A DNA stretch of 64,000 nucleotides from Spirochaetia bacterium (GTDB lineage Bacteria; Spirochaetota; Spirochaetia; CADAEX01): positions 96,001-160,000 of the forward strand of contig CAXXHA010000013.1 of assembly GCA_963662265.2 (NCBI GenBank), in the 5' to 3' direction. Under the pieces are notes generated by a model. That model searched no databases, was not told where the DNA came from, and saw only the letters and a list, made by a program, of their open reading frames with translations. A program made the position numbers and the translations under genes. The first letter of the stretch is position 1. Each line of letters starts with the position of its first letter. Positions 9,996 through 19,898 of the stretch are shown here, piece by piece.

Positions 9996-10228
9996 ATTAT
10001 AAAATATATTAACCGACCGGTGAAAAAAAAGCAATAATCTGTCAGGGGAAATTAATCCAACAGGGCTTCTGAAAGGCTTTCATGTCAACCTTGATATACC
10101 ATCCGGGGTAATTGCCGCCTGTAAGCCGGGATATTGGTGAATTGCAGAGGAATTTAAATGCCTTTTCTCCTGATACTGGGATGATAGCAGCAATATGCAC
10201 AGAAGGCGCCTGTTGCAGGCTTCAGCCG

Positions 10229-12225
10229 CTACAGCCTGCAGCATGTAAATATTTTCCTGGCATCAGCTTTCAGAGTCTCTGCAAAGACTGATCTGTCTGA
10301 TATTTCCTTTTCAATGCTGTCAAGTATATCATAGTACAGGTCCCATCCCTTTTTCTCAGCCTCATACCTTGCAGCAAGTTTTTCCCTGTTTCTGAAAAGC
10401 TTTAAAGCGGAAGTCAGTCTTTCTGCAGCTGAATTTACCAGGTTTTCAAGATATGCTTTCTTTTCCTCCTCCGGTTTGTCCTTTTTCAGTTCATCGCTTA
10501 TATGCATCAGGAGCTTGAAAAGAACAAGCGATACAGGAATCCTGCTTATGAAACTCCCGGTAAACGGATCTGTTTCCTCCTTTATACTGTCAAAATCACC
10601 TTCCACAATATCTGAATATGATGAAAATGCCAGAATTCTCACGAGGTCGCCGATATATGTCCCTGTTTTTGCGGATTTTATCGCATCAGAGATGAACGCT
10701 TCCTTGTCATGCCTCATCTTAAGGCCGGGCTGGTGGAGGTATCTGAGGTATTCAGGATGCGAGCTTTTGAAAAGTACTGATAGTATATAGCCCTGGTCTT
10801 CCGCCCTCCCTATGAATGTTGGGGTGAATGGCCTGTATTTTCTTAAGTCTTTTATCAGTATCCCGTTTGTTCCCCCTGTCACATGATAACGCATCTGGCA
10901 GAGATCTTCCCTGCTGTATTCCCGCACATCCATTTCCGCTTCTGTCGAAAGGGCCATTGGATACTGCTTGAAGAATACTTTCTCCTCGCCGTCCGGTTTC
11001 CTTTCAGGATACGGTACATCAGTTTCAAACAGGGATTTTCCTATGTCTTTCTCATTGACAAGAGAACCGGCTATCATTCCAAGTTCAATTTTTCTCCCTT
11101 TCCAGTCAATACCTTCCGCCCCCCACATGGGAGTCATGAAATGTTCAAAAGCGGATTTGCCTGTCTGCAGAGTAAGTTCCTTTTCCGGAAATACCTGGTC
11201 AAGGTCGATTTTGAATGTTCCTTTTTCTCACTGTCAGAAAGGATCTGCCAGAGGGGCGCTATTGCTTTCAGAAAGGAGTAATGCCTTCCGTATTCACCGT
11301 CAACACCGAAAACTTCATTCAAGGCTCTGTCAGGTTTCAACCCTGATTTTTCTGCTGCAGGCAGAAGGAGATTTTTTATTATTTCTTCTGTATCGTTTTC
11401 AGTAAAAATATATATATCAAGATTTTTGAAATCCGAGGCTTTTTTCAGTTCCTCCTCCATGTATCTGTGTAGAATATTTTTTATTCTGCCGTGAGTTACT
11501 GAGACTGAAATAATTACAGTCAGCCTTGAGTTTTCCGGACATTTCCCGTTAACTTTTTCATATTCAAGCGTTTCTGAAAGATTTTTAAGCCCGTAAATCA
11601 GCTCATTGTTTTCATTGGGTATTCCAATCGGTACAGGGTGGTCAAACCAGTAATCCTGAGAGTCCTTCATTATTGATCTTATTTCTCTTTTAAGGTCCCG
11701 GGAAAGATCAGCCTTTTCAAGCATTCTGCCGGATATTGGAACAGTTAGAATCAGGTTTGATGTGAAAACAATCTCTTTCGCAGGATCTCTTACAGGATTG
11801 CTGTTAAGGCTTTTGATTTTTACTTTTCTCCTTTTTCTCAGTTCCTCTATCCCTCTTTCCCTGTCCTCCGGGAAGAAATCTGCCTCCGGATGAAGCAGTT
11901 TCAGTATTAATCTGTCCTTTTCCTGTCTGTCTGTTTTGTTTTCAGGGGAAAATGTTTCTGATATTTCTTTTTCTTTATCCTGTCCTTCTGCCCTGAACAG
12001 GGATTCGAATTCCTTTACCGATTCAACAGATGCCTTTATAAAAAAATTATTTATATCACTGCTTTCCTCAGAATTCTCCTCAGCAGCCTCATTTTCCTTC
12101 GCCTGGAGAGGTCGTTCCCCCTTCAGTATGCTGAGTGCATTATTAATTTCCTCGAAAAAAGGATAATTTTTCCTTTTATAAAGATCTGAAAAAAGATATT
12201 CTGTTATTGCTTTCAAACTATTCAT
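10229..12225 (-). pseudogene. Frameshifted conserved hypothetical protein, GT-A glycosyltransferase-like (ORFs 11134..12225 and 10229..11137)
   Basis: A -1 shift at GAG AAA AAG (11229-11221) restores the continuous reading GTFKIDLDQVFPEKELTLQTGKSAFEHFMTPMWG, which joins both ORFs and contains a DxD motif. Later FIGRAEDQ motif. Confidence 0.7.
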
Positions 12226-12360
12226 AATTATCTCCGGACTTTTTTAATTGTAGTTCATATATCCTGTGCGGTAAATAAATTTGACTTATATCGAAGCAGA
12301 ATAATAGAATTATTAAAGCAGACATTTTTTTGTCTGAATAATACTTATCGGAGGATATTG

Positions 12361-12609
12361 ATGGAATACAGACTTGTGCTTGTTAAAGTCGACCAGAGAA
12401 CAGATTCTGCTGAAATGGTGCAGAAAATACTGACAGATTTCGGATGCAGCATAAAGGTGAGGCTGGGGCTGCATGATGTGCCCTGTAATTCATGTTCACC
12501 TTCAGGGCTTATTTTTTTGCAGGTATCAGGGGATGATGAACCTGTAAAGGAGATGATTACTGAACTGAATAACCTGGACAATGTGACAGCAAAATATGTG
12601 ACTGTGTAG
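12361..12609 (+). CDS. Small ACT/ferredoxin-like protein resembling the iron-only hydrogenase system regulator (TM1266-like)
   Basis: VQKILTDFGCSIKVRLGLHD...GLIFLQV pattern; SD GGAGG 6 nt upstream of ATG 12361. Confidence 0.65.
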   Translation: MEYRLVLVKVDQRTDSAEMVQKILTDFGCSIKVRLGLHDVPCNSCSPSGLIFLQVSGDDEPVKEMITELNNLDNVTAKYVTV

Positions 12610-12747
12610 TCTGTATTGCTGCAGCTGTATCAGGGATCTGAAATCAGCATGAATATACCTGAATGATAAATTTTGTATTGAATTTTATAAAGATGTTCTG
12701 CCGATAAGGGAAGTGTATAATTTTAATAAGAGGCTTTTAAATACGTT

Positions 12748-14433
12748 ATGATGTTTGATCCTGAATCCCTTTACAAACATGCTCTCTATATACAGGAAAA
12801 GTATGATGATAATCCTGTATATATTGTGAATTACCTCAGTGAACTCCTCAAAAACAATCTGACAGCTGATTCAGACAACACTTATATTGAAAAAACCAGG
12901 AAAATAATACTTGATTATACATCTTCTGCAGATTCAGGAAATACAGCACCAGGCAGCGACAGTAATGTTGATCTTGAAGAGGCGCTTGAGAAGGCTTCAA
13001 GAGAGATTAAATTCAGAAGAGAGATTGAGGAATATTATCTCCCGAAGCAGCTTGTAAATGCGATTATGGAACTGGGACATATTCCTGAAAAGTCAATTGA
13101 AACAAACATTGGAATTGCCTTTATAGACCTTGTAGATTATTCATATATTTCCAAATTTCTTAGCCCTATGGAAAACCAGTCTGTGCTTAACGGGCTTTTT
13201 TCCGCATTCAACTGGATACTGCAGAGACATTCAGGTTATCTCAACAAGATTGAAGGCGACAGCATGATGTTCCACTTCGGCGGGCTGACTGATCCTGTAA
13301 CCCGGAATATGGAGGACAGAGAAGGGCAGCTGTATATAGCCAAGGAACTTTTTCATACATGCGTTGAGATGCAGAGGGCATGTTTTCTTTTCAACCAGGC
13401 AGATGACAGTTTTCTTGAAGGGGAAGTCAGCGAGGAAACAACAGAAGCAATTAAAAAGGCTTTTGATATAATAAGCAACCTGAGAAACAGTTTTGAACTG
13501 TCCTATTCCATGAATGCCCTTTTTCAGATAAGGATAAGAATCGGTGCAAATATCGGTGATGTTACTCTGGGTAATTTCGGGCCGGACGGCGCCAAGCAAT
13601 GGGATGTAATAGGTCTACCTGTTATTGAAGCAAAAAGAATGGAATCAACAGCTCCTATAGGCGGTTTAAGGATATCAAAGAAATACTATGATCTTCTCAA
13701 GGAGACTGGAATTGTAGACGGTTATTATAACCAGTTCAAGCAGGATGCCCAGATTCAGATGGGGTATTTCAAGGATATTTCCCTTGATGAGCTTTTCAGT
13801 TACAAGAAGGTTATGCTTAAGGATAAGAAAAATGCAGTCTTTGAAAGCTACAGTGTCCAGGTTAACCCGGCCCTTCCCGAAGCTCTGTCTGCCCAGGTAA
13901 GAATATTCCTTACAAAAGGTGTTACCGGGATAGATAGAATTATTGAACTGCTGGAGTACTACAGGGGTAATAAATTTGTCATAAGCGCAATTGAATCTGT
14001 TTTTATTCAGAAAGGGCTTCATATAAGGAAGGAAGAGATTCTCAAGACAATGTATCCTGAGAAATACCAGATATTTCTTGAAAAACTTGGCCTTGATGAA
14101 GACAAGGTGAAAATGTTTATCAGGGAAACATACAGCCTTTTTGATCTTTTCTGCAAGCTCGGCTCTTATCAGGACAGAATCAATGCCATACCCAACAACG
14201 ATTTTGATACATCGGGTTTCATGAATTATTCACAGTATTTCGACAACAGCCAGAAGACAATACTTGATTTCTTTGATGAGAAAAAACTCTCTGTTTTCTA
14301 CAGAACATTTTTCTATGATATGCTTTATCCCTCCTTTTTCCTTCATATAAGGGCCAGCATCTATGAATATCTTTCTGAAAATGAACTTGATGAAGATATT
14401 GAAGAAGTGGAAGAAGTTCTGGAAGAAATCTGA
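12748..14433 (+). CDS. Soluble class III adenylate/guanylate cyclase-domain protein
   Basis: IAFIDLVDYS, NKIEGDSMM, IRIGANIG, WDVIG...AKRMES; no TM segment; acidic C-terminal tail. Confidence 0.85.
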   Translation: MMFDPESLYKHALYIQEKYDDNPVYIVNYLSELLKNNLTADSDNTYIEKTRKIILDYTSSADSGNTAPGSDSNVDLEEALEKASREIKFRREIEEYYLPKQLVNAIMELGHIPEKSIETNIGIAFIDLVDYSYISKFLSPMENQSVLNGLFSAFNWILQRHSGYLNKIEGDSMMFHFGGLTDPVTRNMEDREGQLYIAKELFHTCVEMQRACFLFNQADDSFLEGEVSEETTEAIKKAFDIISNLRNSFELSYSMNALFQIRIRIGANIGDVTLGNFGPDGAKQWDVIGLPVIEAKRMESTAPIGGLRISKKYYDLLKETGIVDGYYNQFKQDAQIQMGYFKDISLDELFSYKKVMLKDKKNAVFESYSVQVNPALPEALSAQVRIFLTKGVTGIDRIIELLEYYRGNKFVISAIESVFIQKGLHIRKEEILKTMYPEKYQIFLEKLGLDEDKVKMFIRETYSLFDLFCKLGSYQDRINAIPNNDFDTSGFMNYSQYFDNSQKTILDFFDEKKLSVFYRTFFYDMLYPSFFLHIRASIYEYLSENELDEDIEEVEEVLEEI

Positions 14434-14654
14434 AATTTTTTTACATGTAAATTCCTCTCTTGACTTTTCATTATAACATGTGATATTTTTCCGCGCCTAA
14501 TTTACAGAGTACAGAAATCCTGCCGTTGAAAAAGCTTTTCACTTGCGGAAACAAAGGAAGTACTCTATTATTTTTAGTTTTATAGGCATGCAGAATGTGC
14601 ATATTGTTTCATTTTTGCGGCGCTCAGCTGCTCTTTAAATGGAGGAAGTAAAAA

Positions 14655-15581
14655 ATGGCAAATTGTTTTTTATATCCCGGTCAGGGGGCCCAGTACCCCG
14701 GTATGGGAAAAGATCTATGGGAAAAAAGTGAAGAAGTAAAAAAACTTTTTAAAACTGCTTCAGAAAGCACTTCAATGGACCTTGAAAAACTCCTGTTTGA
14801 AGGAACAGCTGAGGATCTCAAGGCTACTGACAAGACACAGGTTGCAATAACTCTTGTGAATGTTGCATCTGCTCTTCTTTTAAGGGAAAAGGGTATTGTC
14901 AGTGATGTGGCAGCAGGTTTCAGCCTTGGAGAAGTTTCAGCTCTCTGGGATGCCGGAATTATCTCATCAGAGGACCTTTTTCCGCTTGTAAGGGAGAGAG
15001 GTAAAATAATGGAGAAAGTAAGCAGATCTCTTGATACTCCTGAAGGATCACCTGGTATGGCTGCTGTAATCGGAATGGATTATGACAAGGTAGACAGCAT
15101 TATTAAAGGCGAAAAACTCGATGAACTTTTTATTGCAAACTACAACAGCCCGGTGCAGATAGTTCTTTCAGGTACTGACAGCGCACTCAATGCAGGTGAA
15201 AGTATTTTCAAAGAGAACGGCGCAAGAAGGTTTATAAGGCTTAAAGTCTCAGGACCGTTTCACTGCCCTCTCATGAAAGATGCTGAAACAGAGTATGCCG
15301 AAGTTCTTAAAGGTTTTAATTTCAACGATCCTGTAAAGAAGGTTTTTTCAAATGTTACGGGAGCTGAGATTAAATCCGGGGAAGAGGCTAAAGAGCTGTG
15401 TGCAAAACAGCTTACATCAGGAGTTCTCTGGGTTAAAGAGGAAAAAGCGCTTCTTGAACTTGGTATTGAAAAATGCCTGGAAGTTGGACCCGGTAATGTA
15501 CTCGGAGGCCTTTGGAAGGCTGTCGGGGGAGATATTAAATGTCTGCCCGCAGGAACTGCTGAAGCTGTAGATGCTGTCTAG
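14655..15581 (+). CDS. fabD: Malonyl-CoA:ACP transacylase
   Basis: YPGQGAQYPGMG, GFSLGE, NYNSPVQIV, VSGPFH. Confidence 0.96.
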   Translation: MANCFLYPGQGAQYPGMGKDLWEKSEEVKKLFKTASESTSMDLEKLLFEGTAEDLKATDKTQVAITLVNVASALLLREKGIVSDVAAGFSLGEVSALWDAGIISSEDLFPLVRERGKIMEKVSRSLDTPEGSPGMAAVIGMDYDKVDSIIKGEKLDELFIANYNSPVQIVLSGTDSALNAGESIFKENGARRFIRLKVSGPFHCPLMKDAETEYAEVLKGFNFNDPVKKVFSNVTGAEIKSGEEAKELCAKQLTSGVLWVKEEKALLELGIEKCLEVGPGNVLGGLWKAVGGDIKCLPAGTAEAVDAV

Positions 15582-15942
15582 CATTAAAAAAGAAATACAG
15601 GGCTGTCTGCCTCCTGTCTCCGGTAAACTTCCGGATCTGCAGACTGCTTAAACTGTAATTTGTAATATCTTGCAGCCGGTATGTGTACTGGCTGCATCTT
15701 GTTATAACAACGAGAACCAGGTTTGTTTACCGGCTGTTTTTCAGCTGTTGAATATTTTCAGGAAGATAAAATCATCTTTTCATATGAGAAGATAGATAAT
15801 GCTGTACTGCATGGAAAATCTTCAGATTGAAAATGTACAGGGATATGCCTGGTTTTCCGGGATAAATAATCATGAGTAATCCGGTCATGCATTGAATTGG
15901 ATGTGTTATTTAATAGGTGATCCGGGTAAAAGGAGAATAGAA

Positions 15943-16686
15943 ATGTTACTAGAAGGAAAAAAAGCTTTTGTGACTGGCGGTGCCAGAGGAATCGGAAGGG
16001 AAATTGTTCTTAAATTCCTTTCAAACGGCGCAACTGTTTATTTTAATGATATAAACGAAAGCGAGTATATGGGTGAATACCAGGAACTTGCTGCAAAAAA
16101 TAACTGCGAAGTGTTTTTCAAAAAAGCAAATGTTGCAGATGAAGCTGAAATTACAGCTGTTGTTGAGGAAGTACTTGCAGAGAGCGGCGGAATCGATATT
16201 GTCGTAAACAATGCAGGTATTACAAGAGACGGTCTTCTCATGAGAATGAAAGCGCAGGACTGGGATGATGTAATCAAAATCAACCTTACAAGTGCTTTCT
16301 ATATCAGCAAAGCTTTTTCAAGAGCCATGCTCAAGCAGAAATCAGGCTCAATCATCAATGTTGCTTCTATCGTAGGTGTTATCGGAAACGCAGGACAGTG
16401 TAATTACTCAGCTTCAAAGGCAGGTCTTATCGGGTTCAGCAAGAGCCTTGCAAGGGAAGTTGCTTCACGAGGCGTAAGAGTAAATGCTGTTGCTCCCGGT
16501 TTTATTCAGACTCCAATGACAGACAAGCTTAACGAAGACCAGAAAAATGCGCTTTACAGCCAGATCCCGCTCAACAGACTCGGGGTTCCTGAAGAAGTTG
16601 CTAAAGTTATCCTTTTTCTCGCGTCAGATCTTTCGTCATATGTTACCGGTCAGGTAATTAATATTGACGGCGGAATGGGAATGTAA
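15943..16686 (+). CDS. fabG: 3-oxoacyl-ACP reductase
   Basis: TGGARGIG, NNAGITRD, YSASK; start moved to ATG 15943 after SD AGGAG. Confidence 0.96.
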   Translation: MLLEGKKAFVTGGARGIGREIVLKFLSNGATVYFNDINESEYMGEYQELAAKNNCEVFFKKANVADEAEITAVVEEVLAESGGIDIVVNNAGITRDGLLMRMKAQDWDDVIKINLTSAFYISKAFSRAMLKQKSGSIINVASIVGVIGNAGQCNYSASKAGLIGFSKSLAREVASRGVRVNAVAPGFIQTPMTDKLNEDQKNALYSQIPLNRLGVPEEVAKVILFLASDLSSYVTGQVINIDGGMGM

Positions 16687-16696
16687 AAGAGGTTTT

Positions 16697-17932
16697 ATGA
16701 AAAGAAGAGTAGTTGTAACAGGCCTTGGTACAATAAACCCGATAGGGAATAATGTCGATGAATTCTGGGCCGGTGCACGGGAAGGCAGAAACGGAGTAGG
16801 TCAGATAACAAGGTTTGATACTGAAGGTTTTGCCTCTACAATTGCGGGAGAGGTCAAGGATTTTGATCCGACTCTTTATATGGAAAAGAAGGAAATCAAG
16901 AAAATAGACCTTTTTTCTGTTTATGCTGTTGCTTCCTCTACAGATGCTGTTAAGGATGCCGGAGTTAAAGAGGGTGATGTTGATCCTGAACGGTTTGGAG
17001 TTATTCTCGGAAACGGTATAGGGGGATTTGAAACAATCGAGGAAGGGTATCAAAAACTTCTTGACAGGGGACCGAGAAGGCTCCCTGTAATGACAGTTCC
17101 AAAGATGCTTTCAAACCTCGGGCCCGGTAATGTTGCGATTGCCCTGAATGCCCAGGGACCCTGCTACACAGTTGTTACTGCATGTGCTTCAGGTACAGAT
17201 GCAATCGGGGATGCTGCACGATGGATTGAATCAGGCGCATGCGACATGATGGTGACAGGGGGTGTTGAGGCTCCTATAACTAAAATGGGTGTTGCAGGTT
17301 TCAATGTAATTCAGGCATTGAGTACCAGGAACGATTCTCCCGAAACAGCAAGCCGTCCTTTTGACAAGAACCGTGATGGTTTTGTTATGGCAGAAGGGGC
17401 TGGTATTCTTATTCTTGAAGAGTATGAGCATGCTGTAAAAAGAGGGGCTAAAATTTACTGTGAGCTTGCAGGGTATGGAATTTCATGCGATGCAAACCAT
17501 ATAACAGCACCCCATCCGGAAGGAAAAGGCGCTGTTCAGGCAATTAGAATGGCTCTCTCAACTGCAGGAATCAAGCCTGAAGATGTTGATTATATCAATG
17601 CTCACGGAACTTCCACTCCGCTTAACGATAAAACTGAAACACTTTCCATCAAGAAAGCGTTCGGAGAGCATGCATACAAGCTTAAAGTTTCATCAACAAA
17701 ATCCATGACAGGCCACTGCCTGGGAGCTGCAGGCGGTGTTGAGGCTATTGCTTCAGTTCTTGCAATCAGGGACCAGTGGGCGCCTCCGACAATTAACTAT
17801 GAGACAGCTGATCCTGAATGTGATCTTGATTATATTCCCAACAAGGGTATTGATCTCAAGATTGATTATGCTATGTCAAGCTCTCTCGGATTCGGCGGGC
17901 ATAACGGGATACTTATTTTCAAGAAAATATAG
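16697..17932 (+). CDS. fabF: Beta-ketoacyl-ACP synthase II
   Basis: MKRRVVVTGLG, TACASG, NAHGTST, KSMTGH; start ATG 16697 after GAGG. Confidence 0.96.
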   Translation: MKRRVVVTGLGTINPIGNNVDEFWAGAREGRNGVGQITRFDTEGFASTIAGEVKDFDPTLYMEKKEIKKIDLFSVYAVASSTDAVKDAGVKEGDVDPERFGVILGNGIGGFETIEEGYQKLLDRGPRRLPVMTVPKMLSNLGPGNVAIALNAQGPCYTVVTACASGTDAIGDAARWIESGACDMMVTGGVEAPITKMGVAGFNVIQALSTRNDSPETASRPFDKNRDGFVMAEGAGILILEEYEHAVKRGAKIYCELAGYGISCDANHITAPHPEGKGAVQAIRMALSTAGIKPEDVDYINAHGTSTPLNDKTETLSIKKAFGEHAYKLKVSSTKSMTGHCLGAAGGVEAIASVLAIRDQWAPPTINYETADPECDLDYIPNKGIDLKIDYAMSSSLGFGGHNGILIFKKI

Positions 17933-17962
17933 AGTTGAATCTGTATTCTGAAATATAAATCA

Positions 17963-18002
17963 GCGGCAGCAGATACCGGCCAGGTGTCAGCTGCCGTTTT
18001 TT
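17963..18002 (+). terminator. Intrinsic terminator after fabF
   Basis: GCGGCAGC...GCTGCCGT stem followed by a T run. Confidence 0.75.
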
Positions 18003-18119
18003 AATTACAGGATGTAATTATCCCGAGTACGAAGTATACGGGACAGGGCAGGGGTGGACAATAACGAGGCGAGTTACACGGATGAAACTATGCCGGCCAG
18101 TCCTGTATGGTGCATAACC
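18002..18119. other. Structured intergenic element with GGA-loop hairpins (candidate sRNA or dispersed repeat)
   Basis: TAATTACA-GGA-TGTAATTA perfect hairpin; CCCGAGTAC-GAA-GTATACGGG hairpin; AGTTACA-CGGA-TGAAACT hairpin; ACAGGGCAGG/CCAGTCCTGT stem. Confidence 0.4.
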
Positions 18120-18170
18120 TTTACTGTTTCCTTTAAAGACACAAGTTCATTATTCTGCTACTATAATGTT

Positions 18171-19769
18171 ATGAAATCTGTTTTATCTGTATCCAACCTT
18201 TCTTTTACATTTCCTGAATATTCATCAATGAAAAACAGGCCGCTTTACAATAATCTTTCATTTAAAGTTGAAGAAGGGGAAATTGCCCTGTTTCTCGCGC
18301 CGCCTGAAACAGGAAAAACAACCCTGTCCAGAATAATTACTTCTCTCATACCCCGGTATACAGGGGGTAAGCTGTCTGGGGAAATCAGAGTTTCAGATAT
18401 AGATACGCAAAAGGAAAAACCGTATAACATTATTGACAGTGTGGGAATTGTTTTTCAGGATCCCGAGGAGCAGATCCTGACCCCGCTGGTTGAAAATGAA
18501 ATTGCTTTTGCCCTCGAAGCTTCAGGCCTTGATTATGATGAAATTGAGAAAAGGGTTGAATCAGCTATCAGCTTCATGGATATTGATAACCTGAGAGGAA
18601 AAAATCCCGCCCTGATGTCAGGCGGAGAGAAGAGAAAACTTCTGATATCATGCCTTGCAGCATCTGATCCGGGGCTGTGGATACTTGATGAGACTCTTGA
18701 GGAGATTGATCCTGAGGCAAGAAAAAATATCCTCAACAAACTGAAGGAGAGCGGTAAGACTGTATTTATTCTGACTTCAAAAATGCTTGATATATACAGC
18801 AAGTACTGCAGCAGTTTTTTTCTCTACAACGGGAAAACTCTTTTTTCTGAAAAGGGAATCCCCGGTGATGATTTCATCCGGAAAGCTGAAGCTGCCGGTG
18901 TTTTTTTAAGGCATGATAATATTGTTTACCCTGCAGGCAGTTTAAATGTTAACGAAGGTATTAACAGAGATATGAAAGATGAACAGGCGGGAAATACTGA
19001 ATCTTTCGTATCTTCACATCTGGATGATAATGAAATACTCATAAGGGCCGAAAATATACGTTACAACTATCCGGGAAGTAGTTTCTCCCTTACTGTCGAT
19101 GATTTCAGCCTCAGGCAGGGAGAAGTTGTAGCGCTTCTCGGGCATAACGGATCCGGAAAATCTACATTTGCCAAAATACTTGCAGGGCTTATTAAACCTG
19201 ATTCAGGTAATATATATATGAATAAGAGCATAGGGGCTGAAATAAGCGGGAGACCGGGAGAAAGCCTCTCAACTTTGCCGGAAAGAGCAGATCTTCTTAC
19301 CCTGAACAGGAATACCGCATATCTTTTCCAGAATCCTGATTATCAGCTTTTTCTCCCGACAGTAAGCGATGAACTTTCTTTCGGCCTGAAAGGGGAGAGG
19401 GTGGATAAGAAAACAATAACAGATAAGGTGAAAAATGCATTGTCTCTTTTTAAATTGGAAGATCCCGAAACTCCTCCGGCCCTCATGAGTTACGGTGCCA
19501 GGAAAAGGCTCCAGGCAGCTGTTTATTACCTTCTTGAAAAAAGGATTATTCTTATTGATGAAGCTGATTCAGGTCTTTCTTTCGATGACTATGCATCAAT
19601 TCTCGAAAAACTGAACAGCAGCAGCACGCCTCATACAGTGCTTGTCATAACGCATGATGTAAAGCTTTCCTCCAAGATTGCAGACAGGATTGTCATGATG
19701 AAAGAGGGCAGGGTTATTACTGATAATCCTGAAAAAGAGTTTGAAAAACTGATAAAGCTGACATTTTAG
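18171..19769 (+). CDS. ECF transporter ATPase with two fused ABC domains
   Basis: APPETGKT / FQDPEEQI / MSGGEKR and GHNGSGKST / FQNPDYQL / ITHD; start moved to ATG 18171. Confidence 0.88.
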   Translation: MKSVLSVSNLSFTFPEYSSMKNRPLYNNLSFKVEEGEIALFLAPPETGKTTLSRIITSLIPRYTGGKLSGEIRVSDIDTQKEKPYNIIDSVGIVFQDPEEQILTPLVENEIAFALEASGLDYDEIEKRVESAISFMDIDNLRGKNPALMSGGEKRKLLISCLAASDPGLWILDETLEEIDPEARKNILNKLKESGKTVFILTSKMLDIYSKYCSSFFLYNGKTLFSEKGIPGDDFIRKAEAAGVFLRHDNIVYPAGSLNVNEGINRDMKDEQAGNTESFVSSHLDDNEILIRAENIRYNYPGSSFSLTVDDFSLRQGEVVALLGHNGSGKSTFAKILAGLIKPDSGNIYMNKSIGAEISGRPGESLSTLPERADLLTLNRNTAYLFQNPDYQLFLPTVSDELSFGLKGERVDKKTITDKVKNALSLFKLEDPETPPALMSYGARKRLQAAVYYLLEKRIILIDEADSGLSFDDYASILEKLNSSSTPHTVLVITHDVKLSSKIADRIVMMKEGRVITDNPEKEFEKLIKLTF

Positions 19770-19898
19770 TAATAGACTTTATATATATGGGTAATGAGTA
19801 TCCGGCATGAAGCACTTCGCTGAGCAGGCTTGTGCATAAGGAGAGGCAGGAGCAATGAAGATGAAGCATTTTGATATAAGCAATAAAAAGGAAGCATA

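Noticed and set aside
12748-14433. Cyclase as a Pycsar-type defence cyclase
   Set aside because: No adjacent cNMP-TIR or TM effector gene; adenine-type specificity residues are present and the context is housekeeping.
18112-18118. GCATAAC as an integron attC end
   Set aside because: No matching GTTRRRY partner box, cassette array or integrase nearby.
18054-18170. N-terminal extension of the ECF ATPase
   Set aside because: It runs through the structured intergenic element; the ABC domain begins at ATG 18171.
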